16,047 nucleotides of DNA from a virus, in IMG/VR virus record IMGVR_UViG_3300033171_000037; one strand, given 5' to 3'. The notes beneath the pieces were generated by a model. It saw only the letters and a list, made by a program, of their open reading frames with translations. It searched no databases and had not been told where the DNA came from. This document shows positions 1 to 6,701 of this stretch, in pieces (position 1 is the stretch's first letter; every line of letters starts with the position of its first letter). Both the position numbers and the translations under genes were made by a program.

Positions 1-1128
1 TCAGGCTGATGTGGATCGGATAGTCCAGGACCGGCTCGCCCGTGAGAAGACGAAATACGAAGAGCTGGAGGCCGAACGGGACGCCTTGAAAGACAAGGTG
101 GCCGAGTACGAAAAGACCTCCCTGGACTCTCTGAAGACGAAGATCGCCACCGACCTGAAACTCCCTCCGGCCCTGGCCAGCAGACTGGCGGGGACGACCG
201 AGGCGGAGCTGAAGGCAGACGGCGAGAAGCTGCTGAAAGAGATCGGACCCAAAGAGCCTGTGGGCGGCGGTGGCAATCCAGCGGGCGAGGTAAAGAAACC
301 TCTCACTCGCGAAGCTGTGAAGGCCATGAAGCCAGACGAGATCATCGCAAACATGGACCAGATCAAGAGCCAGATGAAAGAAGGCTCATTGAGGTAAAAT
401 CGCATGGCATTAACGAATTTCATAGGGGAGGTTTGGGCCGCCCAAATCCTCCAGAGTCTCCAGAAGTCTATGGTCTACGGTCAGGCCGGAGTAGCAAACA
501 GAGACTACGAAGGTACCATCCGGGGCAAAGGCGACACGGTGAGGATCACCGCCCACGGTCCGATAACGATCGATAACTACGACAAGACCACGGGGATAGG
601 CGACCCTGAAGACCTCGACGACGCTTCAACCACGCTGGAAATAACTCAGGCGAAGTACTTCAACTTCAGAATCGACGACATAGACAAGGCGCAGATGAAC
701 GTTAAGCTGATGGAGAGCGCCACAAGAGACGCGGCCTACCAGCTTGCAGACGTGGCCGATCAGTACATAGTCGCCCAGATGGTAGCGGGTGCCGGGAACG
801 CTGTGGGGGCGGATGGATCTGACAAGATCTTTGACGGAACCACCGACCTTGTAACCGAGGAGCTTCTGTCAGTCAAACAGCTTCTCGATGAAGACAACGT
901 ACCCTCTGAAGGCCGGTTTGTGGTGTTTCCGCCTTGGGTTATCAAGTGGCTTCTCCAGGAAGACGCAATCGTTAACCCCACGTGGTCCGGTGTGGAGAAG
1001 GCCATGTTGAACGGCGAGATCGCGAAGCTTTTCGGCTTCAGTATCCTTCAGTCCAACAACGTACCGAACACGGCGGGCGACCACTACAAGGTCGTTGCTG
1101 GAGTGGCGAGGGCGACGACTTTCGCCGA
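1..1128. repeat. Terminal redundancy, copy 1 (identical to 14920-16047; offset 14,919 bp)
   Basis: The window starts with tcaggctgatgtggatcgga, which recurs at 14920. The window ends with ttcgccga, which matches 1121-1128. The ORF track gives identical translations for both copies. The repeat ends fall inside the scaffold and capsid genes. Confidence 0.95.
2..397 (+). CDS. Scaffolding protein, 5'-truncated by the window edge (duplicate of 14921-15316)
   Basis: Same sequence as the complete copy at 14888-15316. It is charged, helical and Lys/Glu-rich, has a GGGG linker, and sits immediately upstream of the major capsid gene. Stop TAA at 395-397. Confidence 0.6.
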   Translation, partial: QADVDRIVQDRLAREKTKYEELEAERDALKDKVAEYEKTSLDSLKTKIATDLKLPPALASRLAGTTEAELKADGEKLLKEIGPKEPVGGGGNPAGEVKKPLTREAVKAMKPDEIIANMDQIKSQMKEGSLR

Positions 1129-1258
1129 CTCTGTGAATGAGACCGAAGCGTACCGACCTGAGAAATTCTTTGCGGATGCACTGAGGGGTCTGCACTGCTA
1201 CGGCGCAAAGGTCGTTGATCCTGACTGCCTGTGCGTTCTGACCTGTGCTCCAAGCTGA
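404..1258 (+). CDS. Major capsid protein (HK97-fold, P22-coat-like family by eye)
   Basis: 284 aa, with GAGG 9 nt upstream of the ATG. The N-terminus MALTNFIGEVWAAQILQSL...GKGDTVRI and the overall length and layout resemble small-phage coat proteins. It lies between the scaffold and connector genes. Confidence 0.8.
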   Translation: MALTNFIGEVWAAQILQSLQKSMVYGQAGVANRDYEGTIRGKGDTVRITAHGPITIDNYDKTTGIGDPEDLDDASTTLEITQAKYFNFRIDDIDKAQMNVKLMESATRDAAYQLADVADQYIVAQMVAGAGNAVGADGSDKIFDGTTDLVTEELLSVKQLLDEDNVPSEGRFVVFPPWVIKWLLQEDAIVNPTWSGVEKAMLNGEIAKLFGFSILQSNNVPNTAGDHYKVVAGVARATTFADSVNETEAYRPEKFFADALRGLHCYGAKVVDPDCLCVLTCAPS

Positions 1259-1269
1259 GGTGATCCAAG

Positions 1270-1650
1270 ATGGTAAGATCTGAAATCACAGTAAATGAGT
1301 TGGCCGGGGCATGGGCCGACAGAGAGACGCCCGACGCGATCGATAAGGGCAACGGCCACGTCATCGCCGCTGGAGCCAACTTCAAGAGGCTTCTGATCCT
1401 CGTCCACATCTCGGCGGGGACGGGAACCGGCGGTGCTGTGACTCTGAAGGCTGGAACCGCTCGCCCTGCCTTTCGGCGGAGTCTCGGCGACTTTGTGAGA
1501 GGAGACGACGTAGTCGCCAACGATGAGTTCTGTATCGGCCCGATCGAGACGGCTCGATACCTCCAGGCAGACGGAACGATTCACATCGACATCACCGACA
1601 CCACGGGAACCAACATCGCCGGAACGATCGAGGCCTACGCACTGCCTTGA
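1270..1650 (+). CDS. Hypothetical capsid-associated protein (possible decoration or accessory protein)
   Basis: 126 aa, with SD GAGGTGAT at 1256-1263. It directly follows the capsid gene. I recognise no motif. Confidence 0.5.
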   Translation: MVRSEITVNELAGAWADRETPDAIDKGNGHVIAAGANFKRLLILVHISAGTGTGGAVTLKAGTARPAFRRSLGDFVRGDDVVANDEFCIGPIETARYLQADGTIHIDITDTTGTNIAGTIEAYALP

Positions 1651-1681
1651 AAATATCACGATGGTTAAGCCATAACAACGA

Positions 1682-1708
1682 GGGGCCGCTCTTCGCACCG
1701 GCGGCCCC
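1682..1708 (+). terminator. GC-rich hairpin between the capsid genes and the connector genes (possible attenuator)
   Basis: GGGGCCGC (1682-1689) pairs with GCGGCCCC (1701-1708) across an 11-nt loop. Only a weak T run follows (ctccttt). Confidence 0.4.
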
Positions 1709-1734
1709 CACAGCTCCTTTAGGAGGTATTTTTC

Positions 1735-2226
1735 ACGGCTGAATATGTAACATCCTCAGAAGTTGATAGTTACGTAGCCGATAGACCCGACTCCTCGGCC
1801 TGGACCGGCGCATCCTCAGCAGATAAGGAAGATGCTCTGAAGTACTCTTCTAAGATCGTCGACTCGCTCCCCTTTGTGGGTAAGAAATATGAGACCGACA
1901 TCTCCACCCAGCCCCTCCAGTGGCCGCGATCGATCAAGACGCGCCGGGGATGGGTGATCTCTGACCTTGATGCTGATGGAAACGTGATGGTTCCACAGGC
2001 GATCAAAGATGCAGTCTGTGAGGAGATCCTGGCGAGACTAAGCACAGAGAACGCGGGCCGCCGAAAACTCCAGCGTGGTGGGGTCAAATCATTCAAGCTC
2101 TCCGAGGTATCCGAGACCTTCGACAGATCGCTTCAAGGTGGTGGAGTCCTGGGGGCTCCCCTGTGGTCCTGGACGGCTTACAGGCTGCTGGAACCCTATC
2201 TGGCGAAAGGGGCGCGGGCTCGATGA
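1735..2226 (+). CDS. Head-tail adaptor (gp6-like / DnaT-like head-tail connector); 5' end uncertain
   Basis: The frame is open from 1723. The translation AEYVTSSEVDSYV...ADKEDALKYSSKIVDSLPFVGKKYETDISTQPLQWPR matches the usual N-terminal layout of this adaptor family. AGGAGG lies at 1721-1726. There is no in-frame ATG, GTG or TTG before GTG 1876, so ACG 1735 is proposed as the start. TGA 2224-2226 overlaps the next ATG. Confidence 0.6.
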   Translation, partial: TAEYVTSSEVDSYVADRPDSSAWTGASSADKEDALKYSSKIVDSLPFVGKKYETDISTQPLQWPRSIKTRRGWVISDLDADGNVMVPQAIKDAVCEEILARLSTENAGRRKLQRGGVKSFKLSEVSETFDRSLQGGGVLGAPLWSWTAYRLLEPYLAKGARAR

Positions 2227-2819
2227 TCGAGGACTATCTCAACCAGGTTGCCGAGAAGAAGGGAGGAGTCACGACCGAGTTTTACAACGGGCCAGCGACC
2301 GCCGAGTCGATGTTATCTGATATTACGGCCACTGATTACGAAGGCGTCTATTATTTCACGATAATTTGGTTCACGGTGTCAGGTGGAGATCCGGCAACGG
2401 GCCAGATCGTTGTAATAGGCGAGGACCGTTATGGTGATCCTCAAGCCGATTACATCACCATCAACGGGAACGGCGAATATTACACAACGAGAGACGACTG
2501 GGGGAAGATAACCACCATCACAAGCTCGGGACTCGCCGACGAAGGCACCCCGCCGAACATAGTGATCAAAATCTGGGATCAATCCGAGGAGTACGTCGAG
2601 ACCTTCGGCTGGGAAGAGTTCGCGTGTCGATGGGAAGAGAACCCCGTTATCAAGCCATCTGGTGGCGGCTGGGATTACTCTGACGGCAAAGTCTTCACAA
2701 AAGAAGCAATCGAAATCGACGACGTGATCAAGTACAACGGGACCGAGGTCACGGTTTTGGATGTGCGAATCCACAGAAACCTTGATGGTGTTGAGCAATA
2801 CAGAACTGTGGTATACTAA
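2223..2819 (+). CDS. Head-closure / head-tail joining-like protein with an extra N-terminal domain
   Basis: An ATGA overlap couples it to the adaptor gene. The C-terminal ~90 aa (FACRWEENPVIKPSGGG...IEIDDVIKYNGTEVTVLDV) resemble SPP1 gp16-type head-closure proteins. The N-terminal ~100 aa are unassigned. I chose ATG 2223 over the track's GTG 2163. Confidence 0.45.
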   Translation: MIEDYLNQVAEKKGGVTTEFYNGPATAESMLSDITATDYEGVYYFTIIWFTVSGGDPATGQIVVIGEDRYGDPQADYITINGNGEYYTTRDDWGKITTITSSGLADEGTPPNIVIKIWDQSEEYVETFGWEEFACRWEENPVIKPSGGGWDYSDGKVFTKEAIEIDDVIKYNGTEVTVLDVRIHRNLDGVEQYRTVVY

Positions 2820-2820
2820 C

Positions 2821-2852
2821 CCGCCCTGCTAATGTGGGCGGTTATACCTTTT
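2821..2852 (+). terminator. Hairpin plus T-rich tail at the end of the head operon
   Basis: CCGCCC (2821-2826) pairs with GGGCGG (2836-2841), followed by ttataccttttg. Confidence 0.45.
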
Positions 2853-2913
2853 GTTAAACAATTCGTTTAACCTGGCATAGATATTTAACCGATCGTTTAA
2901 CAATTAGTTAAAC
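2853..2913. promoter_or_regulatory. Promoter and operator of the RHH gene: two inverted heptad pairs around a TATA-like box
   Basis: The first pair is GTTAAAC-aattc-GTTTAAC (2853-2871). ATATTTAA follows at 2881-2888. The second pair is GTTTAAC-aatta-GTTAAAC (2895-2913), which abuts ATG 2914. There is no SD. Confidence 0.6.
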
Positions 2914-3387
2914 ATGCCATTCTTAGGGGTCAAGATCTCAGAGGAGCTGGAGACCCTGATCGACGAAGAGGTTAAACGCTCCGATAAGTCCAAAAGCGAC
3001 ATCGTGAGAGATGCGTTAAACCAATATTTTAACGTCGCGATCCCTGAAGGTACAGGCCTAATAGTATTAGATAAAAAAGAGCTTATAAATCTGATTGATA
3101 GCAGACTAGGAGTTAAACCAGAAGTTAAACGCGAGGTTAAACTGATCCCAGAAGTTAAACCAAAAATTAAACAGGACGTTAAACCGGTTAAACAAGATGT
3201 TAAACCAGAGGTTAAACCCACAATTCAGAGGTTATCCGAGGACTCAGCAACACAAGAGAAAATCAAAGAGCTGTGGAGGAGTGGGGAGCGGAACCGACAG
3301 GCAATAGCTCAGCAGGTAGGATACAAGAATCGAACAGTCCAGCAGTACATCAAAGACTGCCTGGAAAGCGGCGAGCTGGAGAAATAA
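2914..3387 (+). CDS. RHH (CopG/Arc/MetJ-like) - repeat linker - HTH DNA-binding protein
   Basis: The N-terminus MPFLGVKISEELETLIDEEVKRSDKSKSDIVRDALNQYF has the strand-helix-helix pattern of RHH domains. The middle is VKPEVKREVKLIPEVKPKIKQDVKPVKQDVKPEVKP repeats. The C-terminus IKELWRSGERNRQAIAQQVGYKNRTVQQYI is HTH-like. Confidence 0.75.
   Translation: MPFLGVKISEELETLIDEEVKRSDKSKSDIVRDALNQYFNVAIPEGTGLIVLDKKELINLIDSRLGVKPEVKREVKLIPEVKPKIKQDVKPVKQDVKPEVKPTIQRLSEDSATQEKIKELWRSGERNRQAIAQQVGYKNRTVQQYIKDCLESGELEK
3112..3217 (+). repeat. Array of GTTAAAC heptads (8 exact copies and 1 near copy) inside the RHH gene
   Basis: Exact copies start at 3112, 3124, 3136, 3154, 3178, 3187, 3199 and 3211. A near copy ATTAAAC starts at 3166. 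Spacing is mostly 12 bp. Confidence 0.9.
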
Positions 3388-3420
3388 GTCGAGGAGCGAC
3401 GGAGATAGAACGGCTGGATT

Positions 3421-4221
3421 TTAGCATATCAGCTTGCTCTGTAATCCACTTTTTTGTGAAGATTTCCGGACTAAGTTATAAAGTTTAATGTTTTTTATAG
3501 AGATTTCTTCGAAATTGGGATTATCCTCGAATTCGATTAAATATATTTTATTTGCATCGATTGGCTTTACAGCGATTGGACAACAGGTAATTCCCGGGAA
3601 ATATTGCCTTGCATATTTAACCAAATTTGATATTTGAACCCATCCAATCATATCACGTGCGTCCGGACCCTTAGCTTCAATTGGTATAATATACTCGTTT
3701 CCATCGGTATCCACACCCACATAGAGATCATCTACCTCTACTTGACCTTCTTCCCTAATTGTGGTCCTAATATGCGACTGGAGATGAAAGCAAGTTATTC
3801 CGGTAAAAACATCAATAAGTCTATTATATCGTATACATGATAAAAGAGCTTGCTCATCGTTTGTAGAATATTTCTCTACAATCTCAGGTAAAGAATTTAG
3901 AATATCGATAGATGTTAGTCCCTCTTGTATTGTTAGATGCGGGGAGCGGCTTATCTTGCAAAACGCAAATTTTCCCTTCCCTTTAGGTGCAATAATCCAA
4001 TTGCCTTTATCAAGTATGGTCTTTGGCAGCGGTCGTCTCGATCGGTAGGTATAAATTATATCCGGAATATTTCTAATAGTTATGTTGAGATCGTTCGCCA
4101 CTTTAGCGACGTCATCTTTATCAAAATTAATAATATCTTCGCCCCCACAATCTGCTAATTTAGCCTGAAACAATTCTATAAGAATTTTATCATATTTTGT
4201 TTCGTTGTTTAAAGTAGTCAT
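3421..4221 (-). CDS. Putative Type II restriction endonuclease (PD-(D/E)XK-like)
   Basis: 266 aa. It lies 11 nt downstream of the methyltransferase gene on the same strand, and its SD GAGGT overlaps the methyltransferase stop. The candidate catalytic signature is VEVDDLYVGVDTDGNEYIIPIEAKG (D...E-x-K). It has the same low GC as the methyltransferase gene. Confidence 0.5.
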   Translation of the reverse strand: MTTLNNETKYDKILIELFQAKLADCGGEDIINFDKDDVAKVANDLNITIRNIPDIIYTYRSRRPLPKTILDKGNWIIAPKGKGKFAFCKISRSPHLTIQEGLTSIDILNSLPEIVEKYSTNDEQALLSCIRYNRLIDVFTGITCFHLQSHIRTTIREEGQVEVDDLYVGVDTDGNEYIIPIEAKGPDARDMIGWVQISNLVKYARQYFPGITCCPIAVKPIDANKIYLIEFEDNPNFEEISIKNIKLYNLVRKSSQKSGLQSKLIC

Positions 4222-4232
4222 TTAGGTCAACC

Positions 4233-5573
4233 TCAATCATTTTTAAGTATCAACACATTTTCATCTATGTTCATTTTTGTTGCTGTAGCTATTCTCGTGC
4301 GCCAAAGTTCGATACCCATGACATTATACCCTAGTGATCCAGCAATGTCCGCAATTAATTCGGCGGTTGGTATATAAACTCTGAAAAAAGACATTTGGTC
4401 ACCAAGGACATAAGCTAACTTAGCATCCTCTGATAAATATGGTTTTAGGCTCTTTAAATGGAGATACATTCCTCCAAAATAATGACGGACGATTTTGTGA
4501 TACATCTTTTCGAATCCTGAAGTTTTATTCAGATATATTCTTTTCTTCTCGATTTCATCTGCTATTTCTGTGATTTTACTATATTCTGCAATACAGTTAC
4601 CATCAACGTCTTTCGCAAAAATATTTCTAGAGTTGCTCCGTAGAAGATCCTCTTTAACGTTCCTTAAATCGCGCTTATTATTGATAAAATCAAGTAAAAT
4701 ACTCTCTAATCTGGTACTTCTCGTATAATCCTTTTCATTTGGGTATGGTGGGGAAGTTATAACGCAATTAATCTGTCCCATCAGTTCCTCTGGCAGACAT
4801 TTATCGATTTTACGTGCGTCCCCTTTGATAATTTTTGAGTTATCAATGCCACTGAATCTCGATACATCTTCGATCATTTGTTGAGTATTAGCTACGTAAT
4901 AATCCAATGCATTAATGTCTTCTTTCGGTTTAGTCCGATAAATCTCCGGGCCAAAAGCTATATTTCCTGCTCGATTTATAATTAAATTTGCTAATGAAAG
5001 TTTAAAAAATGATCGTATTTCGTCATCCTCAATCGAATCAATAACTTTTTTTAGTATTAAAACTTTATTTAACGGCACATCACTTATAAACCCCTTTGGT
5101 AGTATCTTTTGTTTTTCGCTTTTGAGTGTAGGTATAGAATCGACAACAAATAAGTTTAAATTCGTTTTTGGCTCGATTATCGAACGATTATCAGCAATAT
5201 AAAGTTTTTTATAAGACAACAGTGAAGAATTATAAATATAACCTAAATAATTGTGAAGATCCTCTACGTCCAGCATCATATTCGTCTTAACTTTTGCGGC
5301 AAAATATGCAACCGGATTTGCCTCAATTCCATAATTTGGTATATTACTTTTTAAGCATTCTACATTTGTTGTTCCGGTTCCACAAAAAGGATCCAAAACG
5401 ATAGCGTTATGTGAGATATTGAATTTATTTAAATACTGTGTGACTAGATGAGGTGGATATCCCAATACGAATTGATACCACCCGTGTATAGGTAAATCTG
5501 ACATACATATTTGGTTTTTCCCTCCGTTAGATCTTCTGCCAAGGTTACTTTTTTTAACCCCTATGCTTGCCAC
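4233..5573 (-). CDS. DNA N4/N6 amino-methyltransferase (motif order X-I...IV, alpha-like)
   Basis: Motif I is LDPFCGTGTT (aa 60-69). Motif IV is TSPPY (aa 273-277, nt 4743-4754). HGWYQFVLGYPPHLV is motif-X-like. The GTG start at 5573 is preceded by GAGGTG. An alternative start is ATG 5504. Confidence 0.85.
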   Translation of the reverse strand: MASIGVKKSNLGRRSNGGKNQICMSDLPIHGWYQFVLGYPPHLVTQYLNKFNISHNAIVLDPFCGTGTTNVECLKSNIPNYGIEANPVAYFAAKVKTNMMLDVEDLHNYLGYIYNSSLLSYKKLYIADNRSIIEPKTNLNLFVVDSIPTLKSEKQKILPKGFISDVPLNKVLILKKVIDSIEDDEIRSFFKLSLANLIINRAGNIAFGPEIYRTKPKEDINALDYYVANTQQMIEDVSRFSGIDNSKIIKGDARKIDKCLPEELMGQINCVITSPPYPNEKDYTRSTRLESILLDFINNKRDLRNVKEDLLRSNSRNIFAKDVDGNCIAEYSKITEIADEIEKKRIYLNKTSGFEKMYHKIVRHYFGGMYLHLKSLKPYLSEDAKLAYVLGDQMSFFRVYIPTAELIADIAGSLGYNVMGIELWRTRIATATKMNIDENVLILKND

Positions 5574-5806
5574 TTATACGCACCTCATTATACTCCCCAT
5601 TAGATGTACTAAACGTTGACCCCTCAACTTGACCGCAGGGTTTGATATAACAAGAACGTATTATACATTAGAGGGGCACACGCAGGCAAACACAATAAAC
5701 ATCACATCCCTATGTGATGTTGTAACTTGTCAAGCCCATTTGCTTGCTATGCCCCATGCACTTAATAACGAATACCGATTAATTCAGGAAGAAAACTGGA
5801 AATAAA

Positions 5807-5822
5807 CCGAGACATGTCTCGG
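5807..5822. repeat. 16-bp perfect palindrome CCGAGACATGTCTCGG, copy 1
   Basis: Read directly from the sequence. An identical copy lies at 5991-6006. The upstream flanks share TTCAG...AACTGG. Confidence 0.9.
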
Positions 5823-5855
5823 TCTCGGCTTGGCAAAACCAAGACAAGATAGCGA

Positions 5856-5901
5856 TTTTCTCTTTTGTTTATATATATTTTTCGTATATATATCTATATC
5901 T
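5856..5901. other. AT-rich TATA-repeat tract between the twin palindromes
   Basis: The sequence is ttttctcttttgtttatatatatttttcgtatatatatctatatct, and it includes TTTATATA at 5868-5875. Confidence 0.7.
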
Positions 5902-5990
5902 CCGACTAGATAATGTTACATTTTATCAGATGATCGTCACATCTGATGATCTGATTTTTAGCTGCTAGTGATTCCTTCAGAGAACTGGGA

Positions 5991-6006
5991 CCGAGACATG
6001 TCTCGG
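5991..6006. repeat. 16-bp perfect palindrome CCGAGACATGTCTCGG, copy 2
   Basis: Identical to 5807-5822. It lies 10 nt downstream of the stop of the minus-strand gene at 6016-6546. Confidence 0.9.
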
Positions 6007-6015
6007 TTTAAGTTC

Positions 6016-6546
6016 CTAAACTAATCTGATGAGATGACGTTGTTTATGGCGAGGATCTTTGATGACCTGGAAACGATGATCGTCGTCCAATAGCGGTTCT
6101 AATCGATTGATATGCCGTTTTGTCACTCCAAGAAGGCGAGCGGCGTCTTTCGTTGTGGTCTGACGCATCCTAAGCCGTTTCATCTCTGAGAAAAGGCGGT
6201 CCAGGTGGTCGGATGCGGTCTTTTGACTGAGAGCGGGGGCCGGGGCTTCGAGCTTGCTGATCCTCTGGCGATCGTATGCTCTTTCGAGGGCGGCCTCTTC
6301 CCGGAAGGTGTCCAGCTCCACCCTGAGCTTGTGGATCTCTTCTTCCTGGCGCTGGATGTCTCTCTGTCGTTGCTGGGAGATGCACTGGAGCCGGTGAATC
6401 TCATCCTCCTGCTGCTGGAGGACCTCGGCTAAAAGATGCTTAATTCTCGGGACGTCATCGAAAAGCTTATCCGCCAGAAGGGCCATGTTATCCTTGGTCG
6501 AGGACCGGCCTCTGGCATCCGCTAGGGGTTGGTCTACTAATTCCAT
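6016..6546 (-). CDS. Coiled-coil protein with a C-terminal HTH (excisionase/AlpA/MerR-like); candidate regulator
   Basis: 176 aa, with SD GAGGTGAT 6 nt upstream of the ATG. The HTH-like segment is TTKDAARLLGVTKRHINRL. It carries an internal repeat QEDEIHRLQ / QEEEIHKLR. It is transcribed divergently from 6702-7097. Confidence 0.6.
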   Translation of the reverse strand: MELVDQPLADARGRSSTKDNMALLADKLFDDVPRIKHLLAEVLQQQEDEIHRLQCISQQRQRDIQRQEEEIHKLRVELDTFREEAALERAYDRQRISKLEAPAPALSQKTASDHLDRLFSEMKRLRMRQTTTKDAARLLGVTKRHINRLEPLLDDDHRFQVIKDPRHKQRHLIRLV

Positions 6547-6648
6547 TCTACTATCACCTCATTCTATTGTGGTTACATGCGGCTACTGCTTTGTGATTCT
6601 ATCTAAATAATCTTTTTGCCGAGTTCCAAATCCCACAAGCCAGATTAG

Positions 6649-6692
6649 TTATGTGACCCTAGCCACCAAATATATATGGTATGGTCACATAA
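6649..6692. promoter_or_regulatory. Operator: 10-bp inverted repeat TTATGTGACC-N24-GGTCACATAA enclosing a TATA-like box
   Basis: The half-sites are 6649-6658 and 6683-6692. AAATATATAT lies at 6668-6677. ATG 6702 has no SD. Confidence 0.6.
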
Positions 6693-6701
6693 CTATTATA
6701 C

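Noticed and set aside
1-1128. The 1,128-bp terminal repeat as a biological direct terminal repeat or LTR.
   Set aside because: Both boundaries fall in the middle of essential structural genes. Wrap-around of a circular or permuted genome is the simpler reading.
1-1698. Long minus-strand ORFs (1-423, 760-1005, 869-1195, 1038-1520, 1198-1698) opposite the scaffold, capsid and 126-aa genes.
   Set aside because: These are antisense shadow frames in GC-rich coding DNA. Their products are Ser/Arg/Pro-rich and low in complexity, they have no SD, and they fully overlap well-supported plus-strand genes.
3112-3217. The heptad array as a CRISPR array or an ordinary tandem-repeat expansion.
   Set aside because: The 7-bp units with 2-11 bp spacers are far too short for CRISPR. 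Pure tandem duplication does not explain the inverted copies in the upstream operator or the out-of-frame copy at 3015.
3634-4158. Plus-strand ORFs 3634-3840 and 3937-4158 inside the restriction-enzyme gene.
   Set aside because: These are short antisense frames in AT-rich DNA with no translation signals, and they are fully contained in the 266-aa minus-strand gene.
5581-5675. TATAAT hexamers upstream of the methyltransferase gene (read on the minus strand) as bacterial -10 promoter elements.
   Set aside because: The region is AT-rich, so such hexamers are expected by chance. The nearer one sits directly against the SD, and I saw no matching -35 at the right spacing.
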